The notes under the pieces were generated by a model. That model made no database searches and was not told the origin of the DNA. It saw only the letters and a program-made list of their open reading frames with translations. Below, piece by piece: positions 1 to 12,985 of a stretch of 64,000 nt of DNA; the first letter of the stretch is position 1, and each line of letters opens with the position of its first letter. The position numbers and the translations under genes were made by a program. The DNA comes from Vicugna vicugna (Eukaryota): NCBI GenBank assembly GCA_013265495.1, contig MU059537.1, positions 124,001-188,000 of the forward strand, in the 5' to 3' direction.

Positions 1-1719
1 ACCTCCTGGGGGCACGGCGGGGCCAGAGCTGGGTTGTGGCGGGCCCACAGGAGGCAGGGTCTGCTGGAAGAACAAGCGTGGTCCTGGAGCTGCCACCCAT
101 GAGACAGCCCCAGCCGGGGGGACCTGGAGGCCCCCCTTCCACCCCGAGTCCCACGTGTCACTTCTGCTGGCATCAGTGTGGCCCTGTGGCCTGAGCGGCA
201 CAGGAAGGTTGGAAGCTAGTCTTCCTCGCAGGCAAACATCAGGGGCCGGGGACAAAGAGGAAAGCAGAAGAGAGGCAGGTCATGGCCTCTGCAGCCGCCT
301 CCAGGGGGACTGATGCCGAGTCCCGGGATGTGGAGCCAGCAGAGGGTGGTCCTGTGGATGATGCCAGCCCTGTGTTCAGCCCCGTCCCGTTGCCCGACAC
401 TGTAGGAGGGGCTGAAGGGAGTTCTAGACTTGCGGGTGCCCGCCAGCTGTGTGCCCAGCACTGACCTCTGCCTCTAGGACAGCACTGCCCCTGGGCTGGG
501 AGGGGGGCACTATGGTCAGCGCTGCCCAGGCACTGTCCTCTCTCCTGGCTTGGGGCTCCCGCCCTGGAGCTCCTCTGGGCTGCGTGGGAGCCCGGAGTCC
601 CGGCTTCACGTCTGTGATACGGGCTCCTGGCTGCTCCCTACGAGGTTTTCGGGAGCGTCAGGGACACGCAGGAGGTGGGAAGCACTAGCTGCCGGGCTGC
701 CCTCCCGTTGCCCCTGTCATCTCATACATGTACACGTGGTAACACACACGGTCACGCACCTGTGATCGTGCACACAGACTCAGCATGAGGAAACGCCCCG
801 ACTGGGAGGGGGCAGTGTGGGGGCCGTCACCTGCTGCCTGGCGGGAGGAGGGGGAGGGCGTGCAGATCAGTGGCTTTGTTGTTGCACATTTGTGGTTAAC
901 TTGAATGTGTTGTGTGTGTGAAGTCACGGCTCTGGGGGGGCCTGTCCCCATGTCCTGCTCACCTCTGGAGGGGGCCGGGGTCAGTGCAGCCCCCCACAGG
1001 CACCCCGCACCCAACTCGGACCTGGACCCTCAGAAGGGTGTCAGCTCGCTTGTACCCAGACTGTCCCATGAGGGAGCGAATAGGGCTTATTCAGGGGAGA
1101 TGCCACTACTGAACTTTAAATTTTGGTAAGTTGAAAAAATGAGTAAAGAATGAAACAACTTGAAAACCCCCCTCAGGCTTCCCTTCCCCGTGGTCCCGCC
1201 CCAGCTGGGGGCGGGGTGGTGGTGGAGGATTGTGTCCTGCCTTGTGACATCCATGGCTCGGTTTCCACAGCCCTTGCCTGGCAGCTGCTCCCCAGTCTGT
1301 AACCCGCTCTAGGATGGGCTTTTGGGGAGTTCACAGCCCCCAGATGAGAAGCTGGGGTTTGTGTTTGTGCATGTAGGGGCATTTTCTGGGGGTTCTCAAA
1401 AGAGGCTGGTGACCCCCAAGAGCTGGGAACATGGCAGCTGTGCTCTGCAGGGCCTTCCATGTGGCCCTAGCTTGGGAAGTGGATGTGGGGTCCCCGCAGC
1501 CAGGCCTGGGATGGCTAGAGGTGGGCACGTGAGCTGAAGGGCAGGGGCCTGGCATCTGCCCATCCCTGGTCCCTGTGCACCATTCATAGCAGCCCCAGCT
1601 CCCCATGGCCCCGTGGGGATGTCCCCCAGTGACAGGGTGGAGGTCCCAGGCCCCCACCCTTTCAGGGCTGTAGAGTCCGGGCCGGGGATGGGGCTCCTGG
1701 GTGCCTGAGCCACGGCTGA

Positions 1720-2061
<342 letters not shown>

Positions 2062-2361
2062 TGAGTGGTGGCTCGGTCAGCCCTGCAGGCTGACCAGTAG
2101 GCCGTGACCCGTCCCCCGTCTGAGGCTGGGGGGGCTGGAGCTGGGCTCCTAGGGCCTTGCCTGAGCTGTCGGCCTCCCCTTGGCCATCTGGCCACCAGGG
2201 GGGGAGAGCAGAGTCCAGGGACCCCGACGGTTGCACTCTGTGTCTCATGCCCACCACCTGGCATTTTCCTAACAGGGCTCAGCCCTCTGGCCTGGAATCC
2301 CCCGGCCACTTCCTTCTCTGCACACCTGGATTTCCGGGAGGCTGTTTCGCTGATGAGGCCG

Positions 2362-2382
2362 TTCAGCACCTTGGGCAGTTCC
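2362..2382 (+). promoter_or_regulatory. Degenerate RE1/NRSE-like site
   Basis: TTCAGCACCttGGgCAGttCC: perfect left half; right half has A>G in GGACAG. Confidence 0.4.
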
Positions 2383-2444
2383 CATTAGATGTGTTTTGAG
2401 TGGTGGAATGAACTGCCAGGAGACTGAACCTGTAATTAAGCGGT

Positions 2445-2463
2445 CTGCCAGCAGGTGGCGATG
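2445..2463 (+). promoter_or_regulatory. CTCF-like motif
   Basis: ctgCCAGCAGGTGGCGatg matches the CTCF core CC(A/G)(C/G)(C/T)AG(A/G)(G/T)GGC(G/A). Confidence 0.45.
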
Positions 2464-4839
2464 TTGTTGGAGGCGCGGGGGTGGGGAGGGGGCCTGGGTG
2501 AGGGCTGCTTGCTCTTTGTTCTTCTCAAGCTTGCGCGTGTGCAACACGTCCCGCCAAATGCTCCTCTGGCCGCGGACAGTCTGTGACTCCGGCCAGCGGC
2601 CTGCAGTCCCTTGAGCTGGGTGCATGAATGTGTGTGTGAGCACGTGGGTGGCCGTGTAGGTGTGGGAGCAGGGGTGCGGGTGAGTGTGCGAGCCGGTGAG
2701 TGAGTGTGCGAGTGGCCTCTCGCTCCTGACGCTGGAAGTGCCCGCAGGTTGTAGCAGGTGGGCCGCCCGGTGGAGACGTGCTAGCTCTGTGGGTGTTGGG
2801 GTCCTGCCCCCGGGTGTGGCTGTGGGCGGTGGGCCTGAGCCTCCGGGGAGGCAGGTGTCCCTCCTCTCTCTGTGCCTCTGTCTCATCGCCCGAAGCTCCC
2901 AGGGGCTGGGTTTCTGGAACAAAGTCCCCTAAAAGCAGCTGCTCTTAGAGGATCAGGGAACTGGCGAGATGGTGAACCGAGTCCCTGGCTCGCCGTGGCT
3001 CTGACCAGCAGGTCCTGGACTCTTGAAGCCCTGTGAGGAGGTGGCATCCCACCGCTTTACCCCTGGGGCCTGGGGGTGGGGAGGGCTTGTTTCCCCAGCC
3101 CCTGTCAGAGGACTCTGCCTCAGCAGAGCCCCCGCTCTCCTCACACCCAACCTCGCTCCCCAGAGAGGAAGGCGGCCGTCTGGCCAGCCCTGGCAGGAGG
3201 CCCCTCCTGTTGCTGAGATGGTCCAGAGCAGGACCAGACACACAGAGAGGGCACGGGAGACCTGCTTTCCCTGGAAAGTCGAGAACAGATCAGGAGATGT
3301 TGCCCCAGTGACCCGGGGGCTGGGAGGCCCTGGAGGCAGAGGGACCCGCATCTGCCTTCAGCTCGAGAACCAAAACCCTCTCAGGAAGGGCCCCCGAGAA
3401 CCGCGCGGGCTCGCCCGGGCCTGGCCGAGTGCGTGGTGGGTGAGCGGCTGCTCGTGACTGCCTGGGTGCGAGGCGCGGGGGGCCAGGGGAGCCCCCAGGA
3501 GAGGCCGGGGGCTCAGCTCTGAGGGTGTGCTGGGGGTCTGGCGGGGGCCTGGGACAGCCTGCTGCAGCTGACAGGCTGAGGGAGGTGCCAGACGCACAGC
3601 TCTGCGGGTACAGAGGCCTTCAGGATGGGGTTCGGAGGAACTGAGACCCAGGCACTGCCAGCTCGTCCTGGTCCTCGTGTGAGCGGTGAATGCAGGTGGG
3701 GCGGCGGGGGAGGGCGGCTCTGCCGGGGTTAGCTCAGCTGAGGTGGAGGAGCCTGGGCTGGCAAGAGAGGGGCAGGGCTCTGCGCCGACCTAGGACCTCG
3801 GTTAACACGGGGCCAGCCTGAATTCAGTCTTGTCTGTGGCCCTCAGCGGGCTGGGGGTTTGTGGGGGGCCGTGGGCAGGACCCGAGGCCAGCCTCACTGT
3901 TCACCTGTTTCATCTGCAGTGTGGGGTGATGTGGGCGGGCAGGTGCCGGCCAGAGGGCGGTGGCGTGGGAGCCGGAGTCAGCATCATGGTCTTGGGAGGC
4001 AGCCTGCCGTGAGCACTGCGCCTCCCTCCCTCCCTCTTACAATCTTTGGAAATGGGAAAAACAAATGCAAACTGTCATTAGCCTTTAAAAAGCCCTCCCC
4101 CAGGTTTGCAGCTGTCCTGGTAACCAGGCATCTCAAACAGGACTGGTGTGGGAGGGGCCCCGGCGCCCAGCCAGGAGCTCGTGCAAGTGACAGCAGCAGA
4201 AACCCAGTCCGAGGGCTGGTGGGCATCCCCAGGTTCCTCCGGGGACAGCCTGAGCCTGGCTGCTCAGGTTTCGGGGGTTGTGGGTCCAGAGCTGCAGGGC
4301 CTGCGGGGGCCGGGCTGCGGTGAGTGGGCAGGTGTTCTGGGGAGGGGGCTGGGAACAGCCCCAGGGAGACACATGTTTCTCACCTGGGCCAGTGGCAGTG
4401 TTTCCATGTGGAAACACGTCACTGTTCCCCACCGCACCCCCCGTCTCATTCTCCCTACTGTCCCCCACATGCCCAGAGGCCTTTTGGACTTGTGTGGATA
4501 TATGCATTCAGAGTGTCACCGGGTGAGACATGGGGTCCCGGGGAGCCCCTTTGAGGCCCTGGTCTGCCCTCAAGGACTTGCCTACTGTGGGGTGGGGGGA
4601 GTGGACAGAGGGGGAGACCGAGGCCCCAAAAGTGGCATTAAAGTCACAGCGACAGGTGAGTCGTGTCTGATTCCCTCGTACTTCTCTCTCCTTCCTGCTT
4701 CCTGGCCGGTGATGGGCGTTTGTGGGGTGCGTGCTGGGCCCCGCACAGCCCCGTGCTGAGGGTGCAGGGCTGATGGGTCCACTCGGTGTCCCCGTCCCTT
4801 CCCCCTACCCCCTCCTGACTCATCTTACTGGACAAAACA

Positions 4840-4960
4840 AAGTACCAGACTAGGGTGCCTTGTTCTGGCTTCAGGCCCAGCTCTCTCCTAACTGGCTGGG
4901 TGACCTTGAACCCACCACCCACCTCAGTTGTTTCATCTGGGAAATGGGCTGGATGAGGGG
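4840..4960 (+). mobile_element. MIR SINE fragment
   Basis: ctggctgggtgaccttgaac...cctcagttgtttcatctgggaaatggg resembles the MIR core. Confidence 0.65.
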
Positions 4961-7029
4961 TGGCCATCCTCTCGAGGCCCTGACATTTCAGATGGCCCAT
5001 GAGGTGCTCTCAGGGGCCAACGGGCAACTTGGCTTGCTGGCAAGGGATCAGGCGGTGAGTGGGCAGGAGACCGAGGGGTGCCCCAGCCTGTGATTCTGGG
5101 CGCTTCCCAGGCTCAGTGGGCCCACCTAACCTGCCCAGTTAGGTTCCAGATGAAGGTATGAACACCTCCACCCAGCCTCCCTGGGCAGCCTGTCCTCTCT
5201 GAGCACAGAGTGTCCTTTCAGACCCTTGCGGGGCTTCCCACTTGTAGGCATGACATCCCATGTCCCTCCCCTGGCCTGGACCCCTGAGATGGCCCCTGCC
5301 CCCATCCCCATTGCCCCACGATACCACCCCCTTGCTCTCGAGATGCCCAGAATGAGCCTCACCTGCTGCTGCCATGGCTGCTGCCTCCTGGAAGCCCTCC
5401 CGGGTCTGGACGTTGCTGGCTGCTGGCCTCCCCTGCTATCTGCCTGGAGCTGCAGAGGCGGCCCAGGTGACGGAGGGCTGTGTCCCTGGTGTTTCAGGAG
5501 CTGGCTCCCTGCCCCGAGGATGGCAGTACTTGGCCTGCAGGCTCCCAGGGTGCAGGAGACCCCTCTAGACACCCCCTCCAGCCGGAGGAGCAGGGAGACT
5601 GCAGAGGGCAGAGTGGCCAGTCATGAGGGGGAGCACGCAGCCCCAGGACGCACTCACGTGGAGCCACGGCGTGGCACCCACTTCCCGCCGGGCAGGGCAC
5701 ATGGCTGGCCTCTCGGGGTCTGAACCCTGATCCTAGCACTGCAGGCAGCCCTGGCTCCACCGGGTGAGGCGTGTCAGGGGGACTGTGCCGGGCAGAGGTG
5801 AGCTCCGCGCGTGCAGGACCCGGGCCCGTGGGCAGGTCCCCCTGACGGGGTGCTCGTGGCACCGGCCCCCTCCGCCGAGCCTGGCGCTCCTTTCTGGGCT
5901 CCTTCTCCCCTATTTGAGGTGGCTGGTCTCTGGCCTCCCAGCCGAGGGCAGTTCCCTGACACAGGTCCCAGGTGGGCCAGGCCCACAGGGCCCCCGCACT
6001 CCTAGGAGCCCTTCTGGAGCAGAGAGGAGGGAAAGCCCATGTCCTTCCCGCTGCCGAGAACGGGAGCTTTAGTCGGGTTTGAGCAGCGGCGTGAGGCTGG
6101 GTGCGGGTGGGAAGGGCAGCATGGATGCAGCATCAGGAGTGGTCCGCGCCCCCAGTTAAGTCGTGTCCAGGAGGTGCTGCCCTCCCCACCATGGACCACT
6201 GGGTGACCAGGCACTGGCAGCTCTGTCCCTAGGCCTGTCTGCTGCCCTCGGCGGTCTCTCCGTCCATCCCAGCTGTGCCAGGGCCGGTTCAGGTGCCGCC
6301 AACCGGCCCCACCTCCTCCTCGGCCTTGGCCCTCCCCTGAGAGTCTGGCCCGCAGGGCAGGGTGCCCACTGCCCACATCCACTGGCCGTGTACCCTCCAC
6401 CCTATTCCTTCTGCAGCTGAGCACGTGGGGCCCCAGGAAGAAGCTGGGGTCCCTTCGGGCACACAGCAAGGCCGTGGCCGGCCTGGGCAGAGCCAGCTCC
6501 CCTGGCTTCGCCCCCTCGCACCCCTCATGGTCTCAGGGCCCCTCTGTGAGTCTGTCTCGTGGCCCCATGGGGTGGCCAAAAGGGCGGGGCCCTCAGCCAG
6601 TGGGCGGCAGGGTGCCTGGCAGGCTGGAAAGTGGAGCGCCCCTGGGTGCCACTGCGGCGACCCCCTGGGGCTGCAGGCCGACCTGGGCTGGGTGACAGGG
6701 GGTGGCCTCTCTGGAGGGGCAGGAAGGGTGCCTGCCGGTCCACACGACACTCCAGCGAGGCCCCCTTCCTGGGAGACCCGTCCTCCCCAGGGGCGGGAGG
6801 CGAGGCCTCCGTTGCTTCCTTCCCCAGGGACAAGGCCGCCCTCAGAGCCCATGTTCTCCCCCTGGCCGCTGGCTTGCCCGGGGTCCCCCCAGCTGTGTCT
6901 GGCTTCAGATGCTCACAGCTGACCCCTCTTTCGTCGCTGCAAGGCTGCCCCTCAGCTCTGCCGGGCACCACGTGCTCCCTGCGCTCCCGCTGCCCTGCTT
7001 TCCCTCCTGCCAGCTCTGGGTCCACGGCC

Positions 7030-7215
7030 TCCCGGGACCTCTGCGGCCTAAAATTTCAGTTTCCCCACTGTGTCGTCTAGCATGCTGTTTAATTAGTTAT
7101 CTTGTTGCTTCTCTTCCTCCAGGAGAATGTAACCCCTCCGGAGGCAGGGATTTTTGTTTTAGTCACTGCAGTGTTCCTAGCACCCCAGAGGGCACTCAGT
7201 GACTGTCTCTAGGAC
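7030..7215 (+). mobile_element. L2 LINE 3' end, followed by a GATG-type tail
   Basis: gagaatgtaacccctccggaggcagggatttttgttttagtcactgcagtgttcctagcacc resembles the L2 3' terminus. Confidence 0.7.
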
Positions 7216-7709
7216 AAACAGATGGTGGGGGGGACGGACGGATGGAGGGATGGTGGGGGTGTGGGGATGGGTGGGGGGCACTGGGGGATGGCAGGTGAAT
7301 GGACCACAAGCGGCACGTGTTGGGACTCCGCAGACTTGTGTTTTGAGAAAAGGGCTCTGCCGCCTTTGTTTGTGTGCGTCTTCTCATCCGCCCCCACAGC
7401 AGCCCTGTGAGAGGGAGCGCCCCCATGTTCCAGTTTTATCAGAGATGCAGTGGCGTCTCAGAGGAGTCGCATCACTTGGCTGTGGCGGAGCTGGGCCTCG
7501 AGCCCAGGCTGCCTGACTCGAGAGCAGGGCTGTTCTGACGGCGGTGCTCTGACACCTGCCTCTTCCTGAGGTGAGGGTATGGCAGGTCACTGAGGTCGCC
7601 CCACGAGGCTGTCGGTGGCGGAGCCCAGGAGCCAGCCCGTGAGGCCCAGCTCCATTCAGCCACGGGCAGCCACTGAGCCCTGGGTGAGGTGTGCTCTTCC
7701 TTCCTGGAG

Positions 7710-7740
7710 GGCAGGGCAGGGCAGGGCAGGGCAGGGCCCA
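7710..7740. repeat. (GGGCA)n pentamer microsatellite
   Basis: gggcagggcagggcagggcagggcagggc seen directly. Confidence 0.9.
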
Positions 7741-10700
7741 CCCCAGGGGTTTGGGGGGAGGTGGAACGAGATGGGCACGTGCCCCCAGCCACTGCCAGCA
7801 CGTAGGGGGCTTGCCTGGCACTGCCCAGCTGCATCTGCCCACCGGCCTGGGCGGCCGTGTCTGCGCCAGCCTGACTCACCTGATCTCACCTGTGAGGCCT
7901 GGCGCTCCGCTCCCTTCCTGAGCTGGTGTGTCACCTGACCCAGGTGCGCGCTCAGCTGCCCTGTTACCATGGCTACCTGGCAGGTCGGGAAGGAAGAGGC
8001 TGGGGTGAGGAGGGGCCAGGAAGGGCCTCCAGGCTGAGCAGAGCCTGTCGGGTCCCAGCCACCCTCTCCGCAGCTGGCGTCCTGCAGCTGGAATGCAGAG
8101 GGGAGGTGGTTATGGTTAATACTTAGCTCTAAATATGTGAACACATCAGTAGATGAAGTTTGGCTGTTCCGCGAACTGGAGGAGTCATCTCTGTGGGAGG
8201 ACGGCTGCCGAGGTCCTGAGCTTGAGAAGAGACTGCACGATAGAGAAAAGCACAGTGGTGCTTTCTTTCCCTCCGTTCTTCGAAGTGGGGGGAACGCAGA
8301 CGCACACGCGCACACACACACCGAGGCTTATGGTGTCTTGCGCAGGGCTGCTATTCTGCAGTGCCAGTAGAGGAGAGAAAGAAGATTCCGTGAGCGCTTT
8401 TAATGAGTTCTAGTTTTAGAAGCAATCAGGAAAATAATTGCATGATTTAAACATTTAGTAACTGAAGGTGTTTTTATAGTCTCTCCGCTCTCTGGTGCCC
8501 ACGCCTGGGCACACGGCTCCCAATGCCTGCCGCCCTCATGCACCACAGCTGGGGCTGCTCGACGCCCCTGGGAGCTCCATCCCAGGGCAGCTCTGGGGGG
8601 CTTCTGGGCTCTCAGCCCCTCCACCCTCCCAGTGACCAGCCTGGCCTGCAGCCTGCACCCTGGGACTAAGGCCTGGACTTCTGCCCGGAGCTTGGTCCCC
8701 ACCCTGGCTCCTGGTGGGATCCAGGTCTCTGGTGCAGCCCCCCAGAAGAGCTGGGACCTAAGCCCCACCTGCCCTTGGCATCCTCCATCAGGAGCCGAGG
8801 CCGGCCTCGATGCCCAGCGTGGTGACCAGAAGGACACCTGGCCACGCTGTTGCCTGCACCCAGACACTCCTCCTCTGCCCACTGTCCCTGCTAATGAGGC
8901 TGCCCTCTGCGCCCCCTCCCCCGGCCCCTCCCGCCCCCGGCCCATCAAGTCTCCCCACAGCCCAGTCCCAGCATCCGTGAGGGATCTTGGAGGAGGAGGC
9001 ACAAGCCCAGAAACTCGTTCACGGGCAGGTGGCCAGGGGCTGGGGGTGGGTACCGCACATTCCCCCACCCCACATCCAAGGCCACGCCTGCTCTCTCTAC
9101 TAGGAAAGTCTGGGTGGGGCTCCCTGCCCCAGGCCAGAGGCTGTGAGCCCACAGGCTGATGATCTGGCTGGGAGCTGGAATCCTGGGGTCCCCATGGTCT
9201 GAGCAGCCCCTCCGAGCCAGTCTGGTCCGTTCCCTGAGATCACAGGCAGCTGCTGTCTGAGGGTCCAGGAGGGGTTTGCCGCCCCAGGCTTGCCACCTAC
9301 TTCTTGTCTGCTCTGGGTGGAGGGCGCCCCCTGCTGACACCCTCGTGGTGGCCAGAGGTCAGGGTTAGGCCCCACAAAAGTCCGTGTGTCAGCCTGGCGC
9401 CCAGCAGCATCGTCCTCCTCCAGCCCTCACTCCGCCAGCCACCAGACCTGGTGGAGACCAGCTGGAGCATGTGGGGCCCTGGGACACCCTCACGGCCCTT
9501 GTTCTCCCAACACAGCTCCCTTGCTTTTGGGGCAGAGAGAGTCTTTATTCCAAGGGCTTGTTTCAGGAGGTGGGGGGCTCTTGAGTAAGGAGACCACTGT
9601 GACGTAAGCTGTCCTAGCAGCTTGAGAATCGGGGACATGGGTTCTCTTCTGCAGAGCAAACAAAACTGGAAGAAATGGGCCGAAAGGGCACTGGCTTGGG
9701 CTGTCTGCAGGGGGCCCAGGGTGAGGGTGGGGGCTGAGCTCAGATTTGGTCACCTCGCCTTTTGTCCTGTCTGGTCAGTGGGATGAGCGGTTCGGCTCAT
9801 CGTGTGTGAGGCACCGGACGGGAGCTCGGCCCTGGGTTTGGCCTGGTCCTGGTGAGTCTTGCTTTCATCACACGGGGAAAGGGCCCCTGCAGAAAATGTT
9901 TCCTGGAACGCAGTGTGTGGAGTTGGGGCCGGGTTCCAGGCGCCCAGCCTGAGTGTCTGTTCCAGACCAGGGAGATCTGTTCACCACTGAGCAACTCGTG
10001 GTCACGGGTCCCCGGGCGAAGCAGGGCCTCAGGATGGTCAGCTGGGGGCGTGGGGCTGGCCTTGCTCCTGGAAGTCAGCTGAACCATCTGCAGAGAGGTC
10101 GGTGAAGGTCAGTGGTCAGAGTCTCAGGCATCTTAAAAAGGGGGAGGCTGGAAGTGAAGAATGGGGTCCGTGTCAAAGGTTATGTGAACTCCCGAGAGGT
10201 CAGTGAGCGGAGACCTGGGGGCAGCCCTGAGGGGAGCTTTCGGAAGCTAGGACGGGGGTGCCCTTGGAGCGCCGTCCAGGGTGGGTCACCCACGTAAGGG
10301 CCTGCCTCCTCTGTGCTGCTTCACTGTGTACCCAGTGCTCTGGGAGCCAGGGCACGAGGGGCGTCCGAGTCTCTCAGCTCAGGCAGCTGGACTGAGTCGT
10401 TGCCGATCCTGGTCACCGCTTTGCTGGGCCAGCCGGAAGTGGACGGCATCCGCTGCGGCCCACCTGGCTCTGTCTGTCCCACTCCCGACACTCTCTGTTC
10501 ATCCTGGCAGGCGCTGCTGTGTGCTGGGAGGGCAGCCAGGCCCTGGGTGGACACCCCCAGCCCGAGATGTCAGGCCAGCAATGGCTCCTGGCGGCCGTCC
10601 TCGGCCACAGCCCTGACTGTGTTCGGAGGGCTGCTTCCTACAGAAGCATCACTGGGGAGGAGCCAGGCGCTGGCGGGGGAAGCAGTTTGTAAAGCTGGTC

Positions 10701-12912
10701 GGCAGCCACACACCAGTGTGTTTGCAGCAGTTGGAGAATTGCCTTGGCCGCTGCGTCTCCCCGGGGGCCTCCCCTGAAAGCCCGGAGTGTGAGCTGGACT
10801 GGGGGCCTCGTGTTCCATCCCAAGCTGTCCTGGGTTATTGGGGTCAGTGCTGCTCCAGACCAGGAACACCTACTGCAGTAGCCATGTGTCCCCACCAAGG
10901 CCAGGCCACAGTGACGTCCAGCGGCTCCTGCACCCACCCTACCCCAGCAGGCAGCCGGGGGTCTCGGGCCCCCAGGGGCACTGGGCTCATGGCCCCTGCT
11001 CAGCAACTCCCTCCCTCCCCCCTTCGCCGAGGCTGTGTCTGTGTGCCCGCGGGAAGGGGAACAGCGCGCACGTGTTAAGCCCGTCAGTGTCAGCGCCGGC
11101 TGCAGACATGACCTCCCTGGGGTGCACGGCATTGTGGCTCCCGGGGGAGCCCAGGGTCAGGGGGTGCCCAGGGTCGGGGGGGCCAGGCAGCGTGGATGTT
11201 GGTGCCAGCACTGACCAGCCTTAACCTCTGGTGACTCGAATTCCCTGCCTGCCCTGTGTGGGAAGGGGCACCAGCAGTGCGCCCACTCTCGGCAAGCCCC
11301 GTGTGAGAGGCTTCTGTCCACGGTAGGCCCGGACCTGCACAGTGGCCGGAGTCAGGGTGGGTGTGTGGCTGGCCAGCGCTCAGCTTGACCGGCCTCAATC
11401 TGGAAGTTGGAGGAGGTGGGGCCTGTCTGCCCAAGGCCTGGCGTCTGTGACCTTGATGTCTCGCCCTTCGGGTGGAGCCTCAGCTTGGCCTCCCTACCAG
11501 TGGCCTCACCCAGGGAAGGCTTGTGGGGACAGGAATCCCAGAAATGGGCCTCAGGCTGAGGCCACCCAGCACCCACTCAAGGCCCCACCCCCATCACCAC
11601 CTTCCCGGCCGTGGGCCCTGTTCCCGCAGAGAGCCGCCCGCCTGGGCCGTGAGTGAGCCCAGTAATTGAATTGAAATTGATAGTACATTTCGGTTTAAGA
11701 TCACGCTAATTGCTTCATTTCCCAGAACACTCCTAAAAAGAAAATGAATCTCCTTGTAATATTTTGCAGTGGGGTGAAGTGACCCTTGTGGAAATCAGTC
11801 CAGGCTCCCGATGGGCTGCAGGGTGGAGGGCGCTGGGGCAGGGTGCACCCCACCCGCCGTCTCACAGGCATGAGGGAGCCTCCCTCCTGGCTCGACCCAG
11901 GCCACGTGCAGGGCGCTGAGGGAGGCGGTGTGGATCTGCTCAGTGGTGGGTGGGGGAACCTGCTCCAAGGTTCTTTGCCCAGGGCCACCTGGCTGGCTGT
12001 CAGAGCCGTCCCCGCAGGGTGGCAGTCAGGAAGGGAGGGGGCTTTAGGCAGTGGGCCCTGGTGCCAGCCCCAGCCCTGCCTCTCTGAGAGGTCGCAGAGG
12101 TAACACATCTTCTGGAGCCCCACAGCCCCCGCTGCCAGGTGGGTGCTCTGGCTGCCCCTCGGGTGCTACCAGGTGTGAAGGCAGCCACGTGTGATGTGCC
12201 CACAGCCCAGACCCAGGCGTGTGATCTGTGAGTGGGGTGGCCATGTCCCTCATGAGCATCACTGCTATTTTGCTGGGCAAGTGGAGTGAAGATGGGGGTG
12301 GGCAGTTTGGAGGAGGCAGGACGCCAGTGTGGTGTGTGTGTGGGGGGTCCCCAGGGCCTCCGGGTCCAGCTTCTGCTCCTTAGCACGTTCACTAGCTTCA
12401 CAGTTATTCAGTGTTCAGACAGCAGTGGGGCTGCCATCCATCCACCCCTCACCAGTCACCCACCCCAGTGTGCTGGCCCCTGCTCAGTGCTCGGTGTTCA
12501 GAGAGGAAAAGGTCAAGGAGTCCCAGGAGGGAAGGGGAGTGAGGTATCTCCAGGCCCGATGGGCCTGTAGGGGTGCAGACTGAGGGCTCTGCTCCGGACA
12601 GCCTCTCCCCTCCTCTAGTCAGGCCTGCAGGACAGTGTTGGGGACACAGCGCTGCTCTGGTCTGCAGCCTTCTTGGGGGCCGGCTCTGGGTCCTCTGTAC
12701 CCAGGGAGGGAGCTCATGACCCCAGGATGCTCAGCGTGGGGTTTGGTCTTGGAGTCAGAAGACAGTATTTCAGACCCTAGCCTTACCTCTGACTTGTGGG
12801 GTGACCCTGGCTCGTTTCTGGTCCTTGGTTCTCAGCACTCTTGCTGGCCGTGCCCTTGACCTCTGTACCTGCCGACCCCAGGTGTCTAATGTCTGCTATC
12901 TTGTTTCCACAG

Positions 12913-12985
12913 AGCGACCTGCTGGATGTGAACCAGATCATCAAGGACTTGGCCTCCATGGTGTCAGAGCAAGGAGACGCCATCG
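12913..12985 (+). CDS. TSNARE1: TSNARE1 coding exon, N-terminal half of Qa-SNARE motif, phase 0-1 (73 nt)
   Basis: Acceptor ttgtttccacag|, donor atcg|GTGGGT. Encodes SDLLDVNQIIKDLASMVSEQGDAI plus 1 nt, including the syntaxin zero-layer Q (EQG). In frame with 1810-1968. Confidence 0.93.
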
